Assembly (NCBI GenBank): GCA_000934665.2
Contig: KZ538116.1
Coordinates: 1 to 64,000 of the forward strand
Direction: 5' to 3'
Length of the DNA: 64,000 nucleotides
Origin: Catajapyx aquilonaris
Lineage: Eukaryota
In this document: piece by piece, positions 52,374 through 64,000 of the stretch
How the letters are laid out: every line of letters starts with the position of its first letter
Position numbering within the stretch: position 1 is the first letter of the stretch
Translations under genes and position numbers: made by a program
The notes under the pieces: generated by a model
Seen by the model: only the letters and a program-made list of their open reading frames with translations
What the model was told of the DNA's origin: nothing
Database searches by the model: none

Positions 52374-54992
52374 ATGTCTGACGCGGACTGGAACACCGTC
52401 ACCGTGCTGAGGAAGAAGCCTCCGAAGCCATCGGCCATGAAGACTGAGCAGGTTCTGGTTTTTTTTCCCCGCACAACTCGCCATTTTTGTAGCCCCATCC
52501 CGTTGTTTACATGGGAAGGAGGAATTTCAGAGGTTTGATTGTGGCCTTTATTGCAGGCTGTCAACGCTGCCAGGCGACAGGGAGTGGCTGTGGATACCCA
52601 ACAGAAATGTAAGTTGGATCAGCTGATTAGTGGCCATACTGCAAGCGAATTCCAACAAGCTGAATGTGGCAGCGGAAACTACTCAGAAAAAGCTAGACCA
52701 GTTCCGTTGTGCAGAATAATATATTATTGTGCAACTGTGGAGGTCACATGGGTCACACTTAACCCAGTATTGCAACTGATGATGCAAGAGTTGCATGATA
52801 CAAGCCTAGTTGAATGTTATGATAAGCAGATACAGTTGAATCTGGATGTAGCAGACTTCAAGGGACCGCGGGGAAAAAGTCTGTTACAACCGATGTCTGT
52901 TATAGCCAAATATCCACTTTGCAAGGAACACACAAGTTTTCTGCTTTACATGTGCTTATAATGCACACTACTGCATGCTGATTCATGCACCCCCTAAAGA
53001 CCCTGAAGGGTCATCACGGGGAACTAAAAAGAAAAGGGGAAAACTGATTCATGAAACTATCCGCAAAAATGCAAATTAGCTCACCCAGGATTACGCAGGA
53101 CCAAAAGAAATACGTAATTTTCTTCTGCCGCCTCCATGTTGCCAAATATACCAGAAAAAGGATTATTTTGAGTAACTTGGATCAGTGACAGATGCGAAAA
53201 TCACCCCTGCTCCAGTATGCAGTGCTTTCCTCGCGTGGAAAAGGAAGCTGACTAATCAAAAACAGCATATTTTCCTGTCAAGGGGCCAATAAATGGTATG
53301 TTACACATGAGGTGAAGGGAAAATGAGTCTGTTATATCAGGAGTAAGAAGACACAGGGCCTCATGGAAGTTTGCTGGGACCGGCCTTTCAAGTCTGTTAT
53401 AACAAGGCTGTTATATCCGGATTTAACTGTACTATATCGCTCAAAAACATAGACAATTTTGCATTTGATTCAAGTGCAGGCTGCACTTGAGTAAAATGCA
53501 AAATCGTCTATGTTTTTGAGAGATATAGTACATAGTAAGTGTAGAGAGGGTCAATGTTTTGCTAAACAAGTCAGTGAGTGATGTGGGTTGCATCATACCA
53601 GGATGAAACTAATATTCCTCCTTCCTCCATTTTCTGAAAAATAAAGAGGCATTAGTAGAAAAGCACATTTGCAATATTTTCATGTGTGATTCAGGGAAAA
53701 CTGCATTTATATCAATTATATATTTTTAGTGTTGCGTGACATGGTGATAAAGAGAGTTCTGTTTGATTTCTCTGCACAGGGGGAGCGGCCCAGAACAAGC
53801 ACCACCAGACGACCATGAACACTGCACGCCTGGATCAAGAGACGGAGGAGCTTAAGCACCAGCGTGTCACTGTTGACATTGGGAAGGCCATTCAACAGGG
53901 ACGCCAGACCAAAGGATGGACCCAGAAGGAACTTGCAACGGTGAGTTGTTTTCTCTCTCATCAGAGGTTAAATAATTTATGCCACTAATGTTCTTCACAA
54001 AAAATAGAAGTGCTAAGCCTTGGTCGGAAGCATGGCCGCAGGAACATTTAAGGCCCGTTTCCAAAGAAGCTTCAGCTTGAAAAAGTGAGCTATGGAGCTC
54101 ATCCTAGCCGGTGCTTCACAGCTAGCGCCCTCAGACCGGTTTCCAAAGAGGCTTTGGCTTCACAACGGAGCGGAGGAGATTGCTCTTCAGGCTCAAGATC
54201 ACTCTTTGTCTCTCCTCGCTGCCTCCCCCTGCATCGGCAGGGTCCTCTGCCCGAGCAGCTCCTTCCGTGACCTTCGACAGGTCATCTTTTTTTTTCTCCT
54301 CTCTCCTTCCGTGGCCTCCCCACCCTGTGTCATTCCCCCACCCCTAGCCACCTCCCCACCGAGATTGTCCCACATGACCCCAGGAGCCGCGCCGGATTGG
54401 TCAGAAAGACGCTCTAGCTCCAGCTTGAAAATCGCCTCGTGCTCGATGTTCAAAGCAAGCTGAATGGGAGAGCTATAATATCGACCCAGCGCTAGAAACG
54501 CGTTGCAGCTGGAGCTAGAGCCAGAGCGCACTTTTTCAAGCTGAAGCTTCTTTGGAAACGGGCCTTTACGTTTTATGTTTGATTGGTAGAAATAATTGGA
54601 CTTGAAATTAAACCCACACAGTCTGTATGTTACTGTTGCAACTCTCTGTGAAACTCGTGATATGAGCTTATCTCTTAAAAATAATGGCCAAATCTTTTTC
54701 AGTGAAGCAGCTATAAATTGCTTTTCTAATTGTTGACTCATTACCTCCCCTGCAGCGCATCAACGAGAAGCAGCAGGTTGTTACGGACTACGAGGCTGGG
54801 CGTGCCATCCCGAACCAGGTCATTATCGGAAAGATTGAGAGGGCCCTAGGTGAGTAGCAAGAACTAGAAGCGAACAGCATGAGAGGTATTATCACATTAT
54901 AACGCCCCTCTTTGTTTGCAGGTATGAAGTTGCGCGGGAAGGAGAGGGGTGGAACTATACAGGGACAGCCTCCTGGGAAGGGGAAGAAGTAA
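52374..54992 (+). CDS. EDF1: Endothelial differentiation-related factor 1 / MBF1 (5 exons)
   Basis: [15 protein letters not shown]..|[80 protein letters not shown]. Exons 52374-52451, 52557-52608, 53780-53940, 54756-54849, 54922-54992. Confidence 0.96.
52833..53429. mobile_element. Tigger/pogo-like non-autonomous element in EDF1 intron 2
   Basis: Ends ta|cagttgaatctggatgtagcag / ctgttatatccggatttaactg|ta, with subterminal tctgttata repeats. Confidence 0.72.
53432..53528. mobile_element. Short palindromic MITE abutting the previous element
   Basis: Near-perfect hairpin ctatatcgctcaaaaacatagac..gtctatgtttttgagagatatag, TA flanked, related to 23246-23324. Confidence 0.75.
54051..54565. mobile_element. 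Young PIF/Harbinger (Tourist-like) MITE in EDF1 intron 3
   Basis: 37-bp perfect TIR aggcccgtttccaaagaagcttcagcttgaaaaagtg with TTA duplication at 54048-54050 and 54566-54568. Confidence 0.9.
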
Positions 54993-55861
54993 AGTCTCAA
55001 CCCAGGGGGCTGCAGGAGTCAAAAAAAAAATGAGAGGAGCAAGGCATAGACAACACATTTTGTTTTAGGGTTACGTCGTAAGAAAGTTCACTACACATGG
55101 TTACACAGAGAAGAAAAAAGGAAATGACAAAAAAAAAAAATGAAGACAGACTTGTGATGTTGTGATTTCTCAGTCGCCAAGATTTTTGTTTTTGGTTCTT
55201 TTTTTTTTCCTTCTTTCGGCTGTTGGCACTTTGGTGGCATAGATCCTGTCAGGTAGCGTTTCTACTTTTTCTACAGGATGCAATCAGAGTTAGATTATCT
55301 GCTTTTTATGTATGTATGTTGGTTGGTTTAACATTTGTTTCACATCTGCACTGTTGAACATCCCGTTTAACAACACTTTGTTTTGCCATTCAGCTCCGGT
55401 ACCGGGTTTCAGTTTCAGCCATGAGTTATTGGTGCAACTAATGTGCAAATGTACAAATCTAACAAGATTCTCGCCTAAGGGTGACTGTCGCAACGGTTAC
55501 CAAGCAATAAAGACACCCAAGAAATTAGTGAGGAGTCTTTTTCCGTATCCTGTTGCCTTCCAACACTCAGCAGTACTCTCAAACCTACTAGAAGCAATAG
55601 AGTCAATCCTCGTTAGGTATGTGTGTGGTACTACACACGAATTGTGAGGATTGACTCGAGTGCTTCTAGTAATTTTGTGGCTAATTTTATACGATAAGTC
55701 TCCCACATTTTGTTCCCTTTTCATTCAGAAGAAAAATCACACGTGAAAAAGAGTTATTCTTCAGCAGCTTTTATCCTATTTTCCTTGAAAGTCAACAAGC
55801 CGTGAGAAAACATGAGTAATGAAACCACCAGGCACCTTTATTTTCCAAATTTTATGGGGAC

Positions 55862-56654
55862 CTAATCCCGACGTAACATGAACTTCTCCTCCTCGACCCC
55901 TTTTGAGGTGATGATGTTAATCATGATTCCATCACCAGTGTAGATGTCTCGCTCTGCGGCGGATATGAAGACATCCTTCACAATCTGGATGGCCTTCTCC
56001 TTGCTCACTGGCACTGCCTTCACACCTTCCATATTCTTCCCACCAATCTTTAAAAAATTAAATTAATGTAGTGTAGGTTACACTTGCTAAGGGCCGGTTT
56101 CACCGAGCTTGGTATATGATAAAACCAGGTTTCTTTAGGAAAATCCATACAAATAGATAGGGATTTTGAGAAATACCCTGGTTTTATCATATACTGAGCT
56201 CGGTGAAACCGGCCCTAAGACAGCTTCCTGATGGCATATTAGTTTCTAATTAGAAAGCTTGGCACAGAAAGGGAAGTTATAGCAGCTTGAATGTCTTACA
56301 ACAGAATTGGTGGTACCGCAATTTTCATTCTACAAAAAGTATGCCCTACCTGGTTGTCAAGCAGTGGTTGCAGCAGTGCTCCTGAAGATCCACCAGCAGA
56401 GTAGGTGAGCTTCTCAACATGTCCCACTGGGTCGTAGCTGTAAATGCAGCCTTTGCCGTCCTGGTCAAGTCCAGCCAACACATTGGACACGTAGTAAGGG
56501 AAGAACCGCTTGTAATACAGCATCGTGGAGAGCATCTGTGCGACCGCAGGTGTCGTCATCAGTTTGTGGTGCTCGTGGAGATACATCTGCATAGGAACGA
56601 AGATATGCGATATTTTCATAACAGTACAATATCCCCAAAGGTCATGCACTACCC

Positions 56655-56710
<56 letters not shown>

Positions 56711-57091
56711 GCCTGAATGCAGTACCTTCATGCGGGCATCAAGGAACTTTGTGAGTGTGAGTATATCACACCAGCACCCGGAGCACCCAAGCACAGTGTT
56801 TGGTGCCAGCTTGTACAGCTTCGGCTGCTCCCTGGTGTAGATGGAGAAACCAGCACTCAAGCGGGTGTCCGACGCAATGACAGCAAAGTCTTCCCCGGCC
56901 ACAGCCACAATACTCCTGCAAAATAAGATGTCGTACATGTGCATTACAAGCAGGAATAATGCCACGTCCGACAAAATAACAGTCATGCAAGTGCATTTTT
57001 ACCCTCCGTTGTCAGAATAGGGGCTGAAGTACGCCTGTTTAGGTCCTCGCAGGCCGTAGCCGGGATCCATCTGGCCTTCCAGGTTCATCAT
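55862..57091 (-). CDS. PSMB1: Proteasome subunit beta type-1 (non-catalytic; 4 exons)
   Basis: [29 protein letters not shown]..|[54 protein letters not shown]. Exons 57091-57003, 56915-56726, 56586-56350, 56047-55862. Confidence 0.96.
56091..56215. mobile_element. PIF/Harbinger MITE in PSMB1 intron 3
   Basis: About 39-bp TIR gggccggtttcaccgagct..ataaaaccagg with TAA duplication on both sides. Confidence 0.88.
56657..56710. repeat. (TAT)n microsatellite in PSMB1 intron 2
   Basis: About 18 uninterrupted TAT units. Confidence 0.95.
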
Positions 57092-57793
57092 TATTCGTCC
57101 GTGCGATGAAGCGAGTACGAAGAGGGCAGACAGGGAGGTTCTTTTTTTTCACCGGAACTGGCGGAACAGAAAAAGTCAATCGAACAAGTGAAAATTACTC
57201 AGCTAAACACCGCAATGGCCGCCGTTCATCCGCCTCAGAGACACCTACTGGGAGATCCAGAATAATGAAGAGCGTCATGGCTTCATAATAAATTAATATT
57301 AAAATGTTGCTACGGGGTATTAAAATTTTAACATTGTGGTGTACAATATTTGTAGCGTTATTTCCATAAAATGCGAATAGTGGAATTGCGATGAGGTCAC
57401 GCTTGTCCAATATGGCGTCGCACTGATGACAACAAACCTGTTCGATTCTGGTAATTATATTTTATTGCCGGCTTCCACTGTGCCGGGTTGTCAACTAAAG
57501 GGTGGAAAATTAACGGGGACAGTTCCATCTGCCTGGCTGTCATTTTTTCAAAAACTTGTCGCCTTTACTGACATCCTTAAAAAATTAAATTAAGGTACAG
57601 ATTCAGCTCCAAATGCAGTGTTGCTTAGCAAGTTTTCGTCATGGTTTATTGGATTTTGTGACAAGTACACAGACTGCAGATAAAATTTCAGAAGAAGGTT
57701 GACATTTTAAAAAATATTTAAAAATGTATTCTCGCTTCAATTCTAGTGTGCTGATTCTTGTCTCCAAACTCAACTTATTTTTCGTCCTGGGGG

Positions 57794-60025
57794 ATGAATC
57801 TCACCCCGGATGATGGTGTCCCTGACAGTGGAGAAAAGAGCGCTGATGCTAGTCATAATGGGGCCAGAGCCAGGTTGGACCCAGCGAAAAATAGGGAGGA
57901 ACCAGAAGGTCAAGACTGTACCGCATGCGATGAGGGGAGCTGGAAAGTGTCACTTGGGAGCTGTGACGTGACCGGAGATGCCCTGGACAGCATTGTCATT
58001 CCTAGTTTACAAGACAGCATTGCCATTCCGAGCTTTCATGATTCCCCTTCGTCGTCACAGACTGATTTCAGTGAACCGCCGAGCCTCCCAAAACCGAACC
58101 TGGACATGACACCAACGCCATCATCCTCTAGGTCGCTGACTCCTACCCCTGTCTATAAGGCTGTGAGCACTTCTGCAATAACTGTTACTTCCTTGCCTGT
58201 TTCCAACCCAGATCTGCCTCGTAGCGTCAGCTGCTTCAACTTGGGAAACAGATTTGTGCATGTTGAGAGTCGGGTCAAACGTTATATTCGTGACATGAAG
58301 CAGCGGCAGGCAGAACATCGGGCAAGGTCACCTGGTCGCTCAGGTGATCTCTCTTCAGACTGGAGTCATCAACCAGAGGTCACCAGGCGTCACCATGCCC
58401 CATGGTTCTTTCCATATGAAAGCTCAGAAGAGGATTCAACTGTTGAGAAGGATTCAGAGGCACTTAAATGTGAGATAAAAAATGAAAAAAGGTTAAACCG
58501 GCAGAAAGATCAAGTTTTGTCTGAACTTGAAAAAAGTCACCAAGAATTACTTCTAAAGTATGCAGCAGCAGAAAATACCATTGATAAGCTCCGGTTACTG
58601 ACAATGTTTCCAGCTTCAAAGCCTGTGTCTGAGAGTAGATCCGAGAGTACAAAGTCCCCTGCAAAAGAAAGCAGCACAAGTGATACACTGACAGATTCAG
58701 AACGTGAAAGTGACAGTAGTGCCCAACACCCAGCTGTGCCAGTCAAGAGCAAAAGTACCCGGGCCATGTCACAAACTTGTGAAAATAGTGACACCCCAAC
58801 AAAATCAGAGTCCAAAAGCGACAGCAGCAGGCGAAGACGCAGTCAAGCAAGAAGCATAGATGGCCAAACAATGTTACAAAGCAGTGTGGGTCTCACTTGC
58901 AATATTGATAGGGATGGAGCCATTGATGTCCTCAAGGAGTTTGAAAGTAGGCCGAACCCAACTCTGGAGAAATCACGGAGAAGCACAAGTGCTCAAACAA
59001 GTTTCCAAAGAAATAGTGTGGGTGTCGCATGTGACACACTGGATTTGAAACCTAATCAGGTCAGTAGTGCGGGTGTTCAAACTGGCTTTCAGAGTAATGA
59101 ACCAGGTGATTACAGCGCACAGTCTTTGAATGCCATGACGCATCCAGTCACAGAGCTTACCACCAACCAGGCAATGAAAGTTGTGGAAGAAAACCTTGCA
59201 AGATCCCTTCACAAATGGCAGGAGGAAGTGGAGACTCGGCTGAAGAAAGTTATTAGCAGATCAAGGCGCAGGAAAGATTCACCCAGCCCGTCACATGTCA
59301 CTATCTCATATAGTGATGATACACCATGCAACAGTACAAGCTCATCAACTTGGAGCAAGTCACAACCAGGCAAAATTCATAATCCGTCCAAAACTAGTAA
59401 CGAGCCAATTTACCCAGGCATATCTAGCAGTAGTACAAGTAAACATCACTGTGCCAAAGACTGTTGCTCCAGACATTCATCGCAACATGATGACCTGAAT
59501 CCAAAGAGTGCTTCTTCATCCGTGCAGACAACAAACGATGCCGAGGGAAAATCTAACCCAGAACCAGTGAGTATTATCATACAGTGGTGTCATTTCCCAA
59601 ACTTCTATCAATAACAACTTCTCTCGTTGACAAAGAGGTGCAAGGATGTCCCTTTCATATCCGAAATTATTTGCACTTTTGTAGATGTTGATACCTAAAT
59701 TTTTAAAAATACATTGGATGACCCTTTCATTCAAGGGGGAATTTCAAAATTGTGCAGAGCAGCTACAAAACATTTTGGTATATTTCCTATAATGCTTGGA
59801 GTGGCAAAAATTAATTGGTTGAGGAAGTTATCTTAATACACTGCACTAATTCTTTGGCTGAAAGTCACTTGATTTCCAACTGCTTGGAATGCCTTATTGA
59901 CAAACAATCTTTTTCAGGACTTGGACAGACTAATTGCCTCGATGCAACTGGCCGAGAGTGTTGCTGCAGCCATGAAGTCCCGCTCAGAGACCATGCTACA
60001 CCAACTGCGGCGCATGACTCAGTGA
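57794..60025 (+). CDS. AKNA: AKNA-domain protein (AKNA/AKNAD1 family; 2 coding exons)
   Basis: Large Ser-rich exon 57794-59566 contains ELLLKYAAAENTIDKLRL, matching the AKNA coiled-coil motif as recalled. In-frame last exon 59918-60025 (DLDRLIASMQLAESVAAAMKSRSETMLHQL) resembles the AKNA C-terminal helix. Start codon tentative. Confidence 0.72.
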
Positions 60026-60123
60026 TTTTCCCTTGTAATGTAGTTCCATATATCCTTATTTTATGTCCTTGTAAACACATGCACGCTTACACACAGTGTG
60101 ACACACAACTTGGTTGGAATTTG

Positions 60124-63100
60124 CTATGTTGCTGACGCTAGATGATCTATCCTGCAGTTTGGTTGCTGACAGAATGGACATAGACCTTCAGGAGTGAAGA
60201 GAGTTTTGTAGGAGCTTCTCAAGTAGTTGATGTACGTCTGGAGGTTCTGGTTGCTGGACCGCACCTGCTCTAAGCTGGTTGACATGTCAGCTATCCTTCC
60301 TTGAAGCTTCTGCTCCATCTGAAGGCAAGGGAAGACGTAATGTTTTTTTTTTTTTAATCCTCCCTGTTGTAAAAGTTAAATTGAAATGAAAAGGCCTCAG
60401 GTTATTGTGAAGCATCCATCAAAGTATTGCGTGTGAGGCCTTGTGGACAGTTGTGACAGAGATCGTGGCCTTGCCTTGTGCAATGTTTCCATTAACCCTC
60501 ACTAACTGTTAACTCTGGCAAGTGACTAGGAACAACTTTTAACCAGAGCAAACAAGGGTCCATGGAAATATAGCACTAGACATTGTAGGAAAAGGTAATT
60601 CACATCATGCAAGGTTAGGTTTGTGCTGATTTTGTGACTTGCACTTGGTTAAAATATTTCATTGTTTTACTTGGGAGTATTTCCTTGCATTTAGCACAAA
60701 ACCGGGAGCCGTTCAAGGAGGGCATCTCCACATTCTAACCCCTTGTATTCACAAAATTTCATTTATGGATTTAGGACTGAAATTGGACTATCCGGAATGG
60801 CATCAAGGCTAAAAATATGAAGAAATCTGAACTCAAATTCATAAGCACTATTTTCCACCACAGTAATTCCGTCCACATCTACACAGTATTACGCTGGTTG
60901 TGACCCAGGTTGCCCGATGATACAAAAAGTATAGCTTTTTTTCTCAAAACTTACGTAAAGCTGACAGTTTTTGTTTGTGTTGACCCATTGAGAATAATCA
61001 AGGCAAGGATAGGTATTCACGTACTTCATCTTTGGCACTTGCTATTCTTGAAGTCTCAATGTTTGCCTGCTGTATCCTGTCCTCTAGGGATCGAATGCGG
61101 GCTTGCAGATTCTTCCCCTGGGCCTCGTACCTCTCCCTGATCCTCTCCAGCTCCACCCTTCCAGACTCTGCCACAGACTCCAGCTTATGTGACAGGGAGG
61201 CATTCTCCCTTATTTTGTCTTCAACACGGCGTGTCAGCTGCTGGACCAGCTGGCTTTTATTGAGCACCTCATCCCTGGGTTAAACATTTAAAGGAAGGTT
61301 GTCAGCAGGAAGGAACGTAAAAATTGTGCCAAACAAATATCACAAGTCCTAGTTGCAAGGGTGGCAACAGTGATCTTTTTGTATTAGAAGGACTGTAACT
61401 GTTTGTGAGAGAAGTAGTATAGACCTAGCAAAAGAAACAGTCACAATAATGGTAACAATGATGATGTCGATGATGAGTAAAAATACTAATAACAATAGTC
61501 TTAAGAGTAATAATACAGTTAAACCTGGATGCAGGGACAAGTTGTCCTGCATGGAACTTTTGTTTGGCCCCAGCAAAGCATATTCACTATATCTCTGTTA
61601 ATATCATTGGCATACAAGTGAGGCCCCCCATGTCCAAAAAAAACAAAAAACATTTCAAGATTGACAAGGCAAAGATATGACCTTGCACTTGTTGACGTGC
61701 TAATGAAGACAGAAAATCCTGGCTTTCTGGCTCATTGCACATCTTTCGGATGAAAGGAATTCACCAGATGATAGTGCAGAAAAATTCTACTTGCAAGTTA
61801 GTGGTATAATTAACTCAAAACCACCAAAATTGGAATTAGTGTGTTTCACTTGTGTGCCAACTACATAACTGTGGGTAATTTTGTGCAAAATGTGATGACT
61901 CCACTGTAAACAGGTTTCACTGAAAATGAAGTAGATTAGTTTACTTAGAGCATAGAATGTGTATAATATTCTTGAAATATATTGTAACTGTGTGTATTCT
62001 GGAAAGTATGAAAGTACAGTAGTCATATCTAGTCGTGACAATAATTCTATGGTCTTATGTACCCTACATTTACAAGGAGATATTCCTTGGAGATATTCAT
62101 TCCATTAATTTGTGACATGAGCTGTAGTGTGTCACTACATATTTTTGTTGGTACTTGCAGATATTACTGTAGATATAATTTGAGTGCCAATGACTGTTGG
62201 AACTAATACAAGTTCAATTTGAGAACTTCAGTTTTAAAAGCATTGAACATGCATTTGATCACTACCAGTCAGCTTGCTATGAGTTCTAATTGTATCACAT
62301 GTTCAAGCAACAGTTCGATGTTGTTCCTAAAATATAACTTAAGTCAGTGAAGGATGGTGCTTCCTTCAATAACTCTTAGTTTTAGGCATTTTTGGTTCAT
62401 GTCTGAGGAGCAGCTTAAGTTCTTCATTTTCGGAAGGATAAAACATTTCCTACAGCTTTATTCACACGGTTCTAGTCAATGTATACAGGGTCCTAAACCA
62501 TGGAATTATTCCAAGTCAACAAATTTTCGAACAATATTTTTTACTCCTGTGCAGGTCCATGTTGGACTACGTTAATCACTTTTGTATATGAGTGTAATAC
62601 CATGTTGCAAAGGAAAAGTATTAAATGGACAATCAACTTTCACTATTCAAAGACTATACCAAGAACGTTTTTCTGAGGCTGCAACATGCAAGTACAAGTG
62701 AGGTGTCGGCGGCAAAAACCCTATTAGTCACATCGAGGTAGTTTTGAGAAAAACACGAAAAACTTCTTGGATACATAAGGGGTTTTTATGGAAACTCTCT
62801 ATTTTCAGCATTTATCTCGAGGCGTTGTATGGGGTTTTTCCGGTTGACAATCGTATGTTCCTGTAGCTAGATGGCTGCAATGTCCAGCTGTTATGTTATC
62901 CCGAAAATGAATAATTTGGACATATGGGGTTTTTGACACCGACGCCTCATTAGTAATATTATGTAAGTAATATCATGGAACCAAAGATGGCAATAAAAGG
63001 TATATAATCCTGACCTAAGCGTCTTGTTCATTAATTCCAACTCTTCGCACCGGGTCTTGTATGCCCCAAGTTTGCTGTCCGCGTTCAGCTTGGCATCCTC

Positions 63101-64000
63101 TGCGCTCCTGGTGCTTACCTGCTGCCTGTCCAGTTGTTGCAGCAGCTGCTCCACCTTTTCTCGGGGAGGGAGAAATAATCATTCCAGTTTCACTACCTAT
63201 AATGGACCCAGGCAAAATAATATTGTGTCGCCCTTAGGTTGGGCGCAACCTAGGCATACCTTCCTGGTGAGCACTGCCACATTCTGCTGCATCTGGTCTC
63301 GATGCCTCTCCAGCGCCACCCTGTCTATGAGGACCTCCTGAAGCCTTGACTCGCTGGCCTGGAGCATCTCTGGGAGGGGCTCAAGCTCCCTCATCCGCTC
63401 TTGCAGCTGCTGCTTGAACAGCTCCACTTCCGTCCCCACCTGGCTCTGCGCCCTCACAAACTCCGCCTGAAGGTCCTCCACGGTGTGGGTCTTCTCCTCC
63501 AGCTGGCGAAGCGAGTTGTGGTAGTGCTGCTCCAGCTCTTCCGTGTGGAGCTTTGTGTTCTGCAACTCCCCCTGGAGGCCCTCCGAAGAGCGGAGGGCGG
63601 TCTGGAGGCCCTTTTTTTTAACCCCCCACATCTACAATTAATTCATCAGTAACATGCATGGCAAACACAAGTTTCTTCAGTGTCTTCATGATTCTACTGA
63701 ATAATGCAATGATAGAAGTGCATATGTACAGTGAATCTGACCGGACTGACCTGGTTTTCAACTCTGAGGCGTTCCAGCTGTTCCTGTGCTTCGTCGAGCC
63801 TTGTTTGTAGAGCGGCCACCTCCTTCTCCTTTTCCGAGTTGTTCGTCACCTCTTGGGTGTCCAGCTTGTCCTGAAGTGTCTTGGTCCTCACCTCTGCATT
63901 TTCCACCTTGGTTTCCAAGTTGCTGACATGTGCCTGGAGGAGCTGCCTGGAGCGCTGGAGGTCCTGCACCTCCCGTTCCCTGCACTGGAGCTCGTGGGCT
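60124..64000 (-). CDS. ODF2: ODF2/cenexin (ODF2/ODF2L)-like coiled-coil protein, 3' part (runs off the window)
   Basis: Coiled-coil exons >64000-63751, 63631-63260, 63154-63015, 61274-61025, 60318-60124. Motifs LQERMRELEPLPEMLQASESRLQE and MEQKLQGRIADMSTSLEQVRSSNQNLQTYINYLRSSYKTLF match the cenexin C-terminus as recalled. Confidence 0.78.
62700..62948. mobile_element. Small GAG..CTC-ended non-autonomous DNA element (Sola-like?)
   Basis: Imperfect inverted ends gaggtgtcggcggcaaaaaccc / gggtttttgacaccgacgcctc. No clear target-site duplication. Confidence 0.5.

Noticed and set aside
54085..54741. ORFs of 120-180 aa inside EDF1 intron 3
   Set aside because: They lie within the Harbinger MITE and have no transposase motifs.
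56419..56986. Poly-Tyr, poly-Ile and poly-Asn ORFs
   Set aside because: They are translations of the intronic (TAT)n microsatellite.
57620..57632. X-box-like gttgcttagcaag upstream of the AKNA coding exon
   Set aside because: It is a single imperfect match. It is attractive for a centriolar gene but not distinguishable from chance.

Overview
A gene-dense eukaryotic window from an invertebrate, most likely an arthropod and possibly a crustacean (inference from gene content and short GT-AG introns). I can reconstruct 15 spliced protein-coding genes, in order: Lmx1-type LIM-homeobox (+), LSm2 (-), three tandem PHYHD1-like 2OG/Fe(II) dioxygenases (+), EDEM3 ending in KDEL (-), a DDAH-like protein (+), GORAB (-), CCNB1IP1/HEI10 (+), an unknown secreted Thr-rich protein (+), BAG6 (-), EDF1/MBF1 (+), PSMB1 (-), an AKNA-domain protein (+) and the 3' part of an ODF2/cenexin-like gene (-). 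Introns and intergenic DNA carry DNA-transposon relics (Tc1-like, Sola-like, pogo/Tigger-like, PIF/Harbinger MITEs, a Helentron-like element), a tRNA-derived SINE and a decayed HECT-ligase-like relic. The main observations are: (1) most families have human orthologues in the MHC class III region or its chr1/chr9 paralogons, suggesting a compact proto-MHC linkage block; (2) AKNA and ODF2, two subdistal-appendage partners, sit tail-to-tail; (3) two of the three PHYHD1 copies have remodelled substrate-side motifs; (4) the DDAH homologue appears to lack its catalytic Cys. Gene names come from motifs recognised by eye and no database search was run. Exon coordinates were read manually and may be off by a few bases.
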